NCBI GenBank assembly: GCA_963807635.1
Contig: CAWEDJ010000031.1
Location: 1 to 64,000 of the forward strand
Direction: 5' to 3'
From: an uncultured cyanobacterium
GTDB taxonomy: Bacteria; Cyanobacteriota; Cyanobacteriia; Cyanobacteriales; Microcystaceae
Length of the DNA: 64,000 nt
Of the stretch, positions 53,898-64,000 are shown piece by piece. The position numbers were made by a program, and so were the translations under genes. The stretch's first letter is position 1; each line of letters begins with the position of its first letter. The notes under the pieces were generated by a model, which made no database searches, was not told the DNA's origin, and saw only the letters and a list, made by a program, of their open reading frames with translations.

Positions 53898-54833
53898 ATG
53901 CAATCTCAGGCGATCACGTTTTTAGGAAATCTAGCAATGCTGGGGCTAATCTGGGGTTCTGGTGCATTACCCGTTAAAGCCGCAACAGTAGTGACTCTTT
54001 ATGATGGAAGTTCTGGTGTAACGCCCAATCAATACAATTCTCCCAACCCTTATCTGGGATTTACGACGATTGATCGCAATAATCCCTTCGGAACGGCGGG
54101 GACACAAACCGTTAACACTCTAAACCAGAGTACGATACTCGCCTCCTCGACCAGTGAGAGCTTTTATAGTGGTTACTACAATTATCAAGTTTCTGTGAAT
54201 GCGGGAGACTTGGTGAGCGGCGGAAGTTTCATCCATCCGACGACTTTTATTAATAGTGCTTTTCCTGTGTTGGATCGTCAGACGGGCTACGATATCCTAT
54301 TTACCGCCAAGATGGATTCCCAAACCAATAATGGCATTAACGGCTCCCTTCGTGCGGGATTTAACTTATTGGTTTTGAGTAGTGATAAGATGGGCATTGA
54401 AATTGGTTTTCGGAATCCCAATACTAAAACGGATCCCTTTACTCCAGATATTTTTTCCCAGGATAATGGAAATTTCAATGTCATTGGTGAAATAAATAAC
54501 AATGTCGGGGGAATTTTTGATAATTTCACCAGCTACAATTTACAAGTTAGGGGTGAGCAGTACAGTTTATTCGCAGGAGGGACTCTGCTCCTAAAGGGCA
54601 ATTTACGAAATTATAGTGTTGCTCAAGGTTTCGGGAGCGCGGTCTATCAAACTCCAAATTTTCTTTTTTTTGGAGATAATACGACCTCGGCGGGAGGAAC
54701 AACCCAGTTGCAGTCGATCAAAGTCACAGCAGTGCCTTGGGATATTTCAGGAAGTGCTACTATCTTTGGCTCTATCACAGGAATTGGTCTTGGTATAGGG
54801 TTAAAGCGATTAAAAAGTAAAAAAAACAGATAA
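53898..54833 (+). CDS. Secreted surface protein with PEP-CTERM-like sorting tail (possibly choice-of-anchor Y type)
   Basis: Signal peptide VKA-A; tail AVPWD + TM + KRLKSKKNR. Confidence 0.7.
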   Translation: MQSQAITFLGNLAMLGLIWGSGALPVKAATVVTLYDGSSGVTPNQYNSPNPYLGFTTIDRNNPFGTAGTQTVNTLNQSTILASSTSESFYSGYYNYQVSVNAGDLVSGGSFIHPTTFINSAFPVLDRQTGYDILFTAKMDSQTNNGINGSLRAGFNLLVLSSDKMGIEIGFRNPNTKTDPFTPDIFSQDNGNFNVIGEINNNVGGIFDNFTSYNLQVRGEQYSLFAGGTLLLKGNLRNYSVAQGFGSAVYQTPNFLFFGDNTTSAGGTTQLQSIKVTAVPWDISGSATIFGSITGIGLGIGLKRLKSKKNR

Positions 54834-54991
54834 TGTTCTAAGCCTGTGGATCGTATTTCTGGAAGACAGTCAGTCTATTCATTGTGACGTGTTTTATCCA
54901 CAGATTCAGAACAGTACCGAAAGTATTTGGAACCTCCGGAATGGAGGTTCCAAATTTATACAGAATAGGGTTTAAAGACTAAATCCCAATA

Positions 54992-55024
54992 AGGAAAAAA
55001 CCCAGCAAGAATTTACTGGGTAAA
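54992..55024 (-). terminator. Rho-independent terminator after rpmE
   Basis: Minus strand ACCCAGTAAATTCTTGCTGGGT followed by a T run. A second hairpin TTGGAACCTCC-N5-GGAGGTTCCAA lies at ~54927-54953. Confidence 0.6.
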
Positions 55025-55048
55025 ATAAAATTCAAAGTTTTAACGGAT

Positions 55049-55284
55049 TTAACTTTCAGCAGTCGCTTCAGTCTTTTTATCCAACTTTTGATATTTCCGC
55101 ATGAAGCGATCAACGCGCCTTCCGTATCCATGATTTTTTGGGTTCCCGTATAAAAGGGATGATTGCCCGACCAAACTTCCACAGAAATTTCGGGTTGGGT
55201 CGAACCAACGGTCATAACCAGTTCACCATTACAATAAACTTTGGCATCAGGATACCAAGTGGGATGAATTTCAGCTTTTGGCAT
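55049..55284 (-). CDS. rpmE: 50S ribosomal protein L31 (apparent frameshift near 55117)
   Basis: MPKAEIHPTWY...WSGNHPFYTG...DTEG(R)VDRFMRKY. Confidence 0.95.
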
Positions 55285-55296
55285 AGGATGTGTCCT

Positions 55297-55707
55297 CTAT
55301 CGTTTCGAGTATTGGGGAGCTTTACGGGCTTTATGTAAACCGTATTTTTTCCGTTCTTTAGCACGGGGATCGCGAGTCAAATAACCTTCTGCTTTGAGGG
55401 GCTGACGATTTTCAGGAGCCAACTGACAAAGCGCACGGGCAACACCGAGTTTCACCGCATCAGATTGTCCTGTTAAACCACCGCCATGAGCATTGACGAG
55501 AATGTTGTACTCATTTTCTAAACCGAGGGTTTCCAAAGGAGCTTTGACACTTTGGGTATAGTTAGCGATTCGGTTAAAGTAATCACTTCCCTCTTTCCCA
55601 TTGACAATCACTTCTCCCGTACCAGGCACGAGACGGACTCTGGCGATCGCCTGTTTACGACGACCTGTTCCCCAATAAACGACTTTTTTAGAATCAGTAG
55701 CTTGCAT
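55297..55707 (-). CDS. rpsI: 30S ribosomal protein S9
   Basis: GTGRRK...[11 protein letters not shown]. Confidence 0.98.
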   Translation of the reverse strand: MQATDSKKVVYWGTGRRKQAIARVRLVPGTGEVIVNGKEGSDYFNRIANYTQSVKAPLETLGLENEYNILVNAHGGGLTGQSDAVKLGVARALCQLAPENRQPLKAEGYLTRDPRAKERKKYGLHKARKAPQYSKR

Positions 55708-56162
55708 TATTTACCTCCAACAGGGATAGTATTGACCGTCAGCACTTCGGGTTGTTGAGCGGCGTGGGGATGGGAAGGGCCTGCATAAACCTTAAGTTTA
55801 GTGAACAGTTGTCTGCCCAAAGAATTTTTCGGTAACATTCCTTTAACGGCGGTTTCAAGAATTCTTTCAGGAAGCCGCGCCTGGAGTTTGCCAAAGGTTT
55901 CTATCTTCATTCCACCAGGTCTGCCAGAATGACGACGATAGAGCTTTTGATCCCGTTTTTTGCCCGTTACCGCAATTTTTTCTGCGTTGATGACAACAAC
56001 GAAATCACCCGTATCCATATGGGGAGTAAACGTCGGCTTATTTTTGCCTCGGAGAATCGTTGCGATTTCCGTCGCTAAACGACCTAAACGTTGATCAGCC
56101 GCATCGATCACATACCATTTGTGGTCAAGGGTTGCGGCGGTAGGAAGAATGGTTTTGTTCAT
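55707..56162 (-). CDS. rplM: 50S ribosomal protein L13
   Basis: WYVIDA...LGRLA...[12 protein letters not shown]. Confidence 0.98.
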   Translation of the reverse strand: MNKTILPTAATLDHKWYVIDAADQRLGRLATEIATILRGKNKPTFTPHMDTGDFVVVINAEKIAVTGKKRDQKLYRRHSGRPGGMKIETFGKLQARLPERILETAVKGMLPKNSLGRQLFTKLKVYAGPSHPHAAQQPEVLTVNTIPVGGK

Positions 56163-57054
56163 AAGATTACATTTTGGATTTTAGATGGGGGCGTATCTGC
56201 TAGAAAAGATAGCCCTATATTCTCTCTTGTTATTCCCTGAAACATAAAAAGAGGTTGGGTATCAAACCAAACGGATGGGGGAAAAGGAAACTCTGGATAG
56301 CCCACTCGCAAAAGACATAGGCCTTTAGCGGGAGCAGAGTATTTCACCGCTTCTCGACGTTGATTTACCCAAATATCCGTAAAGTCATCCAGGGAAAGCT
56401 GTCCTCTACCGACTTCGACTAACATCCCAACTAACAGCCGAACCATGCCGTACAAAAAGCCATTCGCTTGAATTTCTATCATAAGACAGGAATCATTGCG
56501 ATAACATTCTGCGGACTGGACTTCAACCCAGGAGTGGGAACGATCAGAACCCGCCCGATGGAAAGCCGCTAAATGGTGTTTGCCAATGAGAGGAGCAAGA
56601 GCCGCTTGTATTAGAGATTCTTTTAGAGGAGCGTGATAATAGTGCCAACTAAACGGTTTAATAAATAAATTTGGCCGTTTGTCGGTATAAATGGTGTAAC
56701 GATACCGTCGCCAGAGAGCCGAAAAGCGGGCGTGCCAAGGGGATGAAACCTGGGCTGAACCTCGAATTAAAATATCGTCGGGTAAACGACTATTTAAGAC
56801 CTGCGCCCAGCGATCGCCTGGAATAGAACTACTGTGTTCAAAATGGGCAACTTGCGCCGCCGCATGAACTCCGCTATCCGTTCGTCCCGCACCATGTAAC
56901 GTCACAGGATGATCAAGGATTTCCGCGATCGCATTTTCGATTGTTTCTTGGACAGTACGGTACTGGGATTGTCGTTGCCAACCATGAAAATGAGTGCCTA
57001 AGTATTGAATGACTAGAGCAACCCTTTTTTTTCTGGCAATGACGCTTCACCCAT
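56159..57054 (-). CDS. truA: tRNA pseudouridine(38-40) synthase (homopolymer frameshift near 57030)
   Basis: [18 protein letters not shown]...[10 protein letters not shown]...FLYGMVR. Confidence 0.95.
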
Positions 57055-57058
57055 GACC

Positions 57059-57409
57059 TTACACTAATTCGATAATGGCCATTTCCGCATTATCACCCCG
57101 ACGACGCAGGGTTCTGACCACACGGGTATAGCCACCGTTACGGTCTTTATAGCGATCAGGAGCATCCGCAAAAAGCGAGTGAACCAGGCTCTTATCATAG
57201 ATATAACCCAAGGCCCGCCGTCTAGAAGACAAAGAGCCTTCTTTCGCTAGAGTGATCATGTGATCCACTTCACCGCGAACCGCTTTTGCTCTAGCTTTGG
57301 TCGTTTTGATTTGTCCATTCCGCAACAAAGCCGTAGCCAGCGATCGCAATAACGCTTTTCGTTGATCGGCTGGTTTGCCCAAATGGGGGACGCGACACCG
57401 ATGACGCAT
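57059..57409 (-). CDS. rplQ: 50S ribosomal protein L17
   Basis: MRHRCRV...RNGGYTR...RRGDNAEMA. Confidence 0.98.
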   Translation of the reverse strand: MRHRCRVPHLGKPADQRKALLRSLATALLRNGQIKTTKARAKAVRGEVDHMITLAKEGSLSSRRRALGYIYDKSLVHSLFADAPDRYKDRNGGYTRVVRTLRRRGDNAEMAIIELV

Positions 57410-57494
57410 TTTCCATTCCTCCAAACTTAATTTAGTTAAAATTAGTAGTTGATAGCTAATAGTTAATGACTAAACACTATTGACTATCCACTCA

Positions 57495-58439
57495 TTATGG
57501 TTTCGCTTTTTCCTGGGGGAGGGTAATCCCTAAGCGTTTTTGCAATGCTTCAATCACTTCCTCAGCAGATTTTTGTCCGAAGTTTTTGATTTCCAAAAGA
57601 TCTTCCTGACTATAATCTAAGAGATCCGCCACCGAATTAATTTGCGCCCGTTTTAAACAGTTATAAGCCCGAACCGAAAGTTGTAATTCTTCAATGGGAA
57701 TTTGACTTTCAGGATTAATTTCGTCTTGATAATCTGCCTGGCTTGTTTCAAGCTCATTTAGATCTCTCAGAGGATTAAAGAGATCAGCAATAATCTCTGA
57801 AGCCTCCGAAAGAGCCTCCTTGGGATTAATACTGCCATTTGTCCAAATTTCCAAGGTTAGACGGTCTTTAACAGCCGACCCATCAGGGCGAATATCTTCA
57901 ACACCGTAATTCACCTTAGTGACTGGCATAAAAACGGAATCGATTTGCAAAAAGTCAAGGGACGACGTATCATCCTTACTCCGCTCAATCGCCCGATAAC
58001 CAGCACCCCGCTCAACTCGAAATTCCATCTCCAGCTTTGCCCCTTCCGCTAAGGTTGCGACATACTGGTTGGGATCGATAACTTCGATTTCAGACGGAAC
58101 ATCAAATTGAGCAGCCGTAACGGTCGCTGGGCCAATTGCAAGCAAACGACCAATTTGGGTTTGGTCACTATAGCTCTTGAGAATGATTTCCTTCATGTTG
58201 AGCATGATTTCTAAAACATCCTCGCGTACCCCTGGAATGGTGGCAAATTCATGATTGACTCCCGCAACGCGGATAGCCGTCACAGCCGCCCCTTCCAAAT
58301 TAGAAAGCATTACCCTTCTTAGGGCATTGCCGACAGTTGTTCCTTGCCCTCGATCCAATGGCTCCAGAACAAATTTACTATATTGACTTTGATTTTTCTG
58401 AGTCTTAGACTCAACGCACTCAATTTGAAACTGCGCCAC
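57495..58439 (-). CDS. rpoA: RNA polymerase alpha subunit
   Basis: LEPLDRGQGTTVGNALRR; LSVRAYNCLKRA. Confidence 0.98.
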   Translation of the reverse strand: MAQFQIECVESKTQKNQSQYSKFVLEPLDRGQGTTVGNALRRVMLSNLEGAAVTAIRVAGVNHEFATIPGVREDVLEIMLNMKEIILKSYSDQTQIGRLLAIGPATVTAAQFDVPSEIEVIDPNQYVATLAEGAKLEMEFRVERGAGYRAIERSKDDTSSLDFLQIDSVFMPVTKVNYGVEDIRPDGSAVKDRLTLEIWTNGSINPKEALSEASEIIADLFNPLRDLNELETSQADYQDEINPESQIPIEELQLSVRAYNCLKRAQINSVADLLDYSQEDLLEIKNFGQKSAEEVIEALQKRLGITLPQEKAKP

Positions 58440-58561
58440 GCTAGTGACCTCCCTGCTCTTGACCTTCCGTAACCCTTTATTGCTATCTATATTTGTAGTT
58501 TGCTGTCAGGTTAATTCCCGTGATCGTGAGTAACACTAAGAATTTTTCCTGCCAATCTTCA

Positions 58562-58954
58562 CTACACTCTCCGCCGTTTGGGAGGACGACAACCGTTATG
58601 GGGAATGGGAGTGACATCCCGAATCAGAGTAATCTCTAGTCCCGCACCCTGAAGCGCGCGAATGGCAGTTTCTCGACCAGCACCGGGGCCTGTCACGAGA
58701 ACTTCTAACTGTCTCATTCCTTGTTCAATTGCTCGACGACCAGCGTTATCCGCCGCCGTTTGGGCCGCATAGGGAGTTCCCTTCTTAGCTCCTTTAAAGC
58801 CACTTGAACCCGCCGATGCCCAGGAAATTACGTCTCCTTTGGTATCAGAGATGGTGACAATTGTATTGTTGAATGTAGATTGGATGTGAGCAACACCGCT
58901 AGGAACATTTTTCTTTTGTTTCTTCGGTCCGCTTTTTTTGGTTGGTCGCGCCAT
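58562..58954 (-). CDS. rpsK: 30S ribosomal protein S11
   Basis: HIQSTFNNT...[18 protein letters not shown]. Confidence 0.98.
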   Translation of the reverse strand: MARPTKKSGPKKQKKNVPSGVAHIQSTFNNTIVTISDTKGDVISWASAGSSGFKGAKKGTPYAAQTAADNAGRRAIEQGMRQLEVLVTGPGAGRETAIRALQGAGLEITLIRDVTPIPHNGCRPPKRRRV

Positions 58955-59002
58955 AGTGGTTGCTTAAACTCTCTGCTTAACTCAATTGCATTAGAAATAG
59001 GA

Positions 59003-59386
59003 TTATTTCTTGGATGGGGCTTTTTTCTTACCAGCGACGGTAACCCGACGACCCCGACGGGTACGAGCATTGGTTCGAGTCCGTTGACCCCGTACAGGTA
59101 GTCCCATACGATGACGACGACCCCGATACGTTCCAATATCGACCAAACGCTTGATGTTCATTGCTTCCCAACGGCGCAAATCCCCTTCAATTTCGTAATT
59201 GGTATCGATGTAGGTACGCAGAGCGGCGGCATCTTCGTCGGTCAAGTCCTTAACTCTGGTATCAGGATTTACGCCTGTCCCAGCTAAGATTTTGTGAGAT
59301 CGCGATAGACCGATACCATAGAGATAGGTTAGTGCGATTTCCACACGCTTATCTCTGGGCAGGTCAACACCGGCTATTCTCGCCAC
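59003..59386 (-). CDS. rpsM: 30S ribosomal protein S13
   Basis: [10 protein letters not shown]...[16 protein letters not shown]. Confidence 0.98.
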   Translation of the reverse strand: MARIAGVDLPRDKRVEIALTYLYGIGLSRSHKILAGTGVNPDTRVKDLTDEDAAALRTYIDTNYEIEGDLRRWEAMNIKRLVDIGTYRGRRHRMGLPVRGQRTRTNARTRRGRRVTVAGKKKAPSKK

Positions 59387-59464
59387 GTTGTTTCTCCCTC
59401 TGTATGATTGATAGTGTTTCTTGATTTACGATTGGTTTCGTTTCATGGAATGATTAACTGACTT

Positions 59465-59578
59465 CTAACCCTGACGTTGCTTGTGTTTGGGGTTTGAACA
59501 AATCACCATTACTCTGCCGCGTCGTCGGATGACACGACATTTATCACACATTTTCTTTACGGATGCTCTAACTTTCAT
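59465..59578 (-). CDS. rpmJ: 50S ribosomal protein L36 (missing from the ORF track)
   Basis: [37 protein letters not shown]. Confidence 0.97.
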   Translation of the reverse strand: MKVRASVKKMCDKCRVIRRRGRVMVICSNPKHKQRQG

Positions 59579-59702
59579 GCCTATATTTTTGGGCAGTACT
59601 GCAAGCTTACTATTATAACAATATTGTAGGACACTGTCAGCATTTTTTTTTGCTAAAGTTTAAACATAATGTTTTTGATAAGTTTTTTTAACTGCCGAAA
59701 GG

Positions 59703-59931
59703 TTATTTTTTGTTTTTAAGACGGTACGTGATTCGACCTTTGGTAAGATCGTAGGGGGTCAATTCTACTTTGACGCGATCGCCAGGCAGAATTTTGATAT
59801 AGTTTCGCCGAATTTTGCCAGAAATATCGGGCTAAAACATTAAAACCATTATCTAGGTCAACGCGAAACATCGCATTGGGAAGGGATTCCGTTACGGTTC
59901 CTTCCATTTCAATTAGGTCTTGTTTGGACAA
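59703..59931 (-). CDS. infA: Translation initiation factor IF-1 (apparent 1-nt insertion near 59828)
   Basis: [24 protein letters not shown]...[35 protein letters not shown]. Confidence 0.95.
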
Positions 59932-60049
59932 GTGGTTGACGACCTCCTGATAAAAATAAATCTAAAGACGCAACAAACACAGACAGCTTTTTTAGCGGCC
60001 CTTTGTTATCTTAACAAACTTTGAGCGAATCCTGCGGAATTTGTTGGTA

Positions 60050-60453
60050 TTAAATTTGTTGTCCGACCCAATTCACAATAACCTGAACATCTTCAATTAA
60101 TTGTTGAACTTGTTGGGGAGAGACTTCATCTTCGGGAATTTTAATCTGTCCATCCACTTCTCTGGGATAAAGTAACCGATTTCTTAAAGAACCAATTTCC
60201 ACATTCAATTGAGCTATTTTGTCTGTAATTTCATTGTTGCCGATAGTTTCAGCACAACTCCAAAAAGTTTTAAGTTTTACTTGGTGCGTTACTTTTGGGC
60301 CATGTTTTTTAGATTTCGATGTAGCCAGAGCAGACGCAGCGACTCATAGGCGTGGTAGCAACAAAAAGTAGCCATTTCGTATATTTGAACATCTAGTAGG
60401 ACTCTCGCCGCCGTTAGGCTTCTTCTTGCCACTCTTTGATATTCATCTTTCAT
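60050..60453 (-). CDS. HEPN-domain protein (apparent frameshift near 60340; missing from the ORF track)
   Basis: MKDEYQRVARRSLTAARVLL...YEMATFCCYHAYE...VTHQ...LRNRLLYP...VQVIVNWV; all-helical HEPN pattern. Confidence 0.75.
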
Positions 60454-60455
60454 TT

Positions 60456-60901
60456 CTACTTACCATAAGCGGAATAGAGAATACAACCAGAACTACTTAG
60501 TGGGGCCTTAATTTCTCCAGAGAAACGATGAAAATCCTGAAGCATCGTAGTAGGCAAAGGATCAATCAGTGTGAGAATTTTTGTTTCACGATAACTAGGA
60601 GCAATGATTTTTGAAAGTTTTTCTATAGCGGCAAAAGTATTATCTTTATTAAAAAAAGTATAAAAGGTAATTGAATCAGGCTTATAACGTCTAGTCCAGG
60701 GTTCGTTAACCAGTTTCTGACCAGGAGCTACAGCAATAACCAAGGAGATATTATCAGGGTGAGTTTGTTGTAATGCTTCTTTCGCGACAATAAAAATTTT
60801 TCTACTGAACGGTTGCCAAAGGTTGGTTTTTTGTTCTCCTCTAGCAAACTATAGGGAATAATTTGGGTAATAGAAATGGGTGAAACAGTCGCGATCGCCA
60901 T
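60456..60901 (-). CDS. Hypothetical partner of the HEPN gene, possibly a degenerate MNT antitoxin (apparent frameshift near 60830)
   Basis: Stops 2 nt before the HEPN ATG; ends SGCILY, like MNT C-termini; no canonical GS/DxD. Confidence 0.5.
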
Positions 60902-61002
60902 GTATTCTTCCCCTGGATATTTTTTTAACGCCTGGATCTTAATGATAGAGAAGAAGAAAAGTGAAGTGTTATCTTAATAACTTCCTCTCTACTTAACATT
61001 TT

Positions 61003-61560
61003 CTACGCAGTAACTAAATCTTGCAAGATACTTCCGACTTCTTCAGGAGATTGATCACCGTTGATGGAATAGAGTTTACCTTGGTCTTGATAGTAACCGA
61101 CTAGGGGAGCGGTTTGCCATTGATAAACAACAAGACGATTGCGAATGGTTTCTTCGTTATCATCTTGTCGCCCCCGAAGTAATAAACGGTTTACAAGAAT
61201 ATCGTCTGGTACATTCAAATTAATCACCCATTTAGCTCGATGGTCGATAGCCACAAGTAGTTGGTCTAAAAATTCTGCCTGGGCGACATTACGGGGAAAA
61301 CCATCGAGAATCCAACCATTTTTAGTGTCATCCTGCGATAATCGCTCTCGAATTAAATCTAAAATTAAATCATCGGGAACTAGCTCTCCCTTATCCATAT
61401 AGGATTGAGCTTGTTCTCCTAAGGGTGTTTTATCCGCGATCGCCTGTCTGAGCATATCGCCTGTGGAAATGTGGGGAACTTGGAGATTTTTGGCTAAAAC
61501 TTGACCTTGAGTTCCTTTACCCGATCCTGGTGGCCCTAAAAAAATCAATCCGTTTTTCAT
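61003..61560 (-). CDS. adk: Adenylate kinase
   Basis: GPPGSGKGTQ, HISTGDMLR, ILDGFPR. Confidence 0.97.
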   Translation of the reverse strand: MKNGLIFLGPPGSGKGTQGQVLAKNLQVPHISTGDMLRQAIADKTPLGEQAQSYMDKGELVPDDLILDLIRERLSQDDTKNGWILDGFPRNVAQAEFLDQLLVAIDHRAKWVINLNVPDDILVNRLLLRGRQDDNEETIRNRLVVYQWQTAPLVGYYQDQGKLYSINGDQSPEEVGSILQDLVTA

Positions 61561-61656
61561 GGTAATAATAAGTTTTTTTGAATGAAAAAGTCTGTTTAAC
61601 AAGAATAGAGACGCTTTTTGGAAACGCCTCTATTACAAGGGAAAAATTTGGGAAAA

Positions 61657-62987
61657 TTAATCCTGTTTGATCATGCCTTCATAACGTTGAGAGATGACGT
61701 AGGTTTGAATTTGTTTGGCGGTATCGATCGCAACCCCTACTAAAATTAATAAGGATGTCGCGCCTAAACCTCGAAAAGTCGTTACACCCGTGGCATTTTC
61801 TACAAACACAGGAATGATCGCAACTGCACTGAGAAAAATCGCGCCTAAAAAGGTAAGTCGATTGAGAACTCCTTCTAAGTATTCTTCTGTCTTTTTCCCT
61901 GGTCTGATGCCTGGGATGCTAGAACCCATTTTTTTAAGATTTTTAGAAATATCTTCGGGATTGACAATCAAAGAAGCGTAAAAATAGCTAAAGAAGAAAA
62001 TTAAGACAGAATACACGATGGTATAAGTCCAGGTTCCAGGTTGCAAAGAATTAGCAATTTGCACAAAAACCTGTCCAACGGAACTCAAATCCTTATTATT
62101 GCTTAAAAATCCTGCTAAAGAAGAGGGGAGAATTAACACTGCCGAGGCAAAAATGATCGGCATTACTCCACCCTGATTTAAGCGCAGGGGTAAGTAACTA
62201 GTTCTTTCTCGATAAAGCCGTTTACCGACTTGACGACGGGCTGAAATAATGGGGATTCGCCGAGTTCCTTCTTGCACAAAGACAATACTGACGATCATCG
62301 CCAGGAAAACTGAGGAGCAAAATCACGACCTGGGCGATCGCTTCTCGTCCTCCTGTTTGGGCATAGTCAATGGTATTTCCCAAGGTTTTGGGTAAAGTTG
62401 CCACAATATTGACAAAAATCAACAAAGAAGCCCCATTTCCAATCCCTCTTTCTGTAATTAATTCAGAAATCCACATGACAAAAAGTGAACCCGCCGTTAA
62501 TGCCAAAGACGTTTGGACAATAAAAACGGGGCCATTAAGTAGGAGCGTAGGGACGGAGTAAACCAACCGTTAAACCAATACTTTGGATAATGGCCCAGCC
62601 TACTGCGACATAACGGGTATATTGGGAGATTTTGCGACGACCCGCTTCACCTTCATTTTTTTGTAAATCTTCTAGGGCTGGAACCGCCGCCGTCAATAAC
62701 TGTAAAATAATAGAGGCATTAATATAGGGAAGAATGCCCAGGGCAAAAATCCCAATCGTTGAGATCCCTCCCCCAGTAAAAATGTCTAGAAATCCCAGGA
62801 CGGGGCTATTGCTAATGGCTGCCGTAAAAGCTTGGCGATCAATGCCTGGAATCGGAATAAAAATACCCAGGCGTACCAAAATTAATAGCGCAATCGTAAT
62901 CAGCAACCGACCTCGGAGGCCAGCCGCTTGAGCCATCTGTAAAAAAGTTTCCTGGGCTGAAGGGGTTTTATCTCGACTAACGACCAT
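61657..62987 (-). CDS. secY: Preprotein translocase SecY (two apparent frameshifts)
   Basis: IFALGILPYINASII; ERGIGNGASLLIF; GGVMPIIFAS; IPGIRPG. Confidence 0.97.
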
Positions 62988-63182
62988 AATTTAGTTATCG
63001 GTGATTAATTATTAGTGATTAGTTATTAGTGTATCAGCTACAATCAGTTCGGAAATTTTAAGGAAAAAAGATCTCAACCGAGTAAAGGCAGTTGGCGATC
63101 GCCTAATACACAGTTTTCGCGTTGGTAAAATCAATTAAAATGATGATTTATCAATTAATAGAGTGAATTTTCAAACACTCTA

Positions 63183-63632
63183 CTACTCTTGACTAATCAC
63201 CACAGAACCACCAGCCGATTCGATTTTTTCCTTAGCACCCTTAGTAAAGGCCGCCGCTTTTACAGTTAAAGCAACAGTCAATTCTCCGTCGCCCAGAATT
63301 TTTAAGGAGCCATCATTACTGGTGACAATTCCTGCTTCCATCAAACTCGCGAGAGTAACTTCTGTTTTAGCAGGCAGACCATTCAAACGACCAACATTAA
63401 TAATGGTGTACTGTCTCTGATTAATTAACGGAAAGTGTTTGAGCTTGGGTAAACGACGGTAAAGAGGCATTTGTCCCCCTTCAAAACCGGGACGAGTAGG
63501 ACGACCTGAACGGGATTTTTGTCCCCGCATTCCAAAGCCACAACTTGCGCCCTGACCTGCGGCAATACCCCGCCCGACTCGACGGCGACGTTTGGTTGAC
63601 CCCTCTTTAGGAGAAAGTTCGTCTAATCGCAT
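63183..63632 (-). CDS. rplO: 50S ribosomal protein L15
   Basis: [11 protein letters not shown]...[15 protein letters not shown]. Confidence 0.98.
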   Translation of the reverse strand: MRLDELSPKEGSTKRRRRVGRGIAAGQGASCGFGMRGQKSRSGRPTRPGFEGGQMPLYRRLPKLKHFPLINQRQYTIINVGRLNGLPAKTEVTLASLMEAGIVTSNDGSLKILGDGELTVALTVKAAAFTKGAKEKIESAGGSVVISQE

Positions 63633-63746
63633 AATCTTTAATTTCTCAGTAAATGAATTTGGTTTAAATAATCAAAAATCTAGCAAAAGCCAGAAGCGTA
63701 ACGTCACGATTCGCTACGATTAAGCCTCTAAGCTGAGAGTTTTGAC

Positions 63747-64000
63747 TTAAGTATAAAGATGTTCGACAGAAACGCCTCTTTCTTCTGCAACTTCGGCAAA
63801 ACTTCTGAGGGTTTCTAAAGCATTAACGGCGGCTCTGGCATTATTAAGCGGATTATTAGAACCTAACTGTTTAGCCAGAATATTTTTGATCCCAGCTAAT
63901 TCCAGCACTGTCCGCACGGCTCCCCCTGCAATTACCCCAGTACCTGGTGCCGCTGGACGAATAATGACATTGGCTCCACCAGAGGCTCCCTTGGTAATAT
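63747..64000 (-). CDS. rpsE: 30S ribosomal protein S5, 3' part
   Basis: [43 protein letters not shown]. Confidence 0.95.
   Translation of the reverse strand, partial: ITKGASGGANVIIRPAAPGTGVIAGGAVRTVLELAGIKNILAKQLGSNNPLNNARAAVNALETLRSFAEVAEERGVSVEHLYT

Noticed and set aside
14432..62931. Numerous short ORFs antisense to or overlapping real genes
   Set aside because: They are shadow frames of well-supported CDSs with no recognisable motifs.
55049..62987. Pseudogenisation or programmed frameshifting of rpmE, truA, infA and secY
   Set aside because: These are essential or conserved genes with otherwise intact sequence; single indels fit sequencing error better.
63633..63746. Missing rpmD between rpsE and rplO
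   Set aside because: Absence of L30 at this position is normal in cyanobacteria.

Overview
Chromosomal window from a cyanobacterium: the HIP1 octamer GCGATCGC is very frequent, and the gene content and r-protein order look Synechocystis/Chroococcales-like. Left to right it holds: (1) three nested IS elements (IS256 inside ISKra4 inside IS5); (2) housekeeping and hypothetical genes (cobW, methyltransferase, CRR6, DUF58, HTH-NACHT, cytochrome b plus Mo-oxidoreductase, S8 protease); (3) a HIP1-anchored minisatellite hit by an IS256-derived MITE and by a 2.1-kb composite transposon built from two MITEs; (4) a large secreted protein followed by an intact 8-gene, convergently arranged cyanobacterial-type (MPF_C-like) type IV secretion cluster, with no relaxase, coupling protein or integrase in the window; (5) a ~13-kb sulfatase island (two arylsulfatases, anaerobic sulfatase maturase, HAD phosphatase, MarC, transporter, a beta-barrel with a large coiled-coil insert); (6) GH57, phosphoesterase, PrxQ, a small gene behind an NtcA-type promoter, galE; (7) the end of the spc/alpha r-protein cluster (rpsE to rpmE), with an unannotated two-gene HEPN cassette between adk and infA. 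Many single-base frameshifts, including in secY, infA and rpmE, are most likely long-read consensus errors. All calls come from reading the sequence and recognising motifs; no searches were run.
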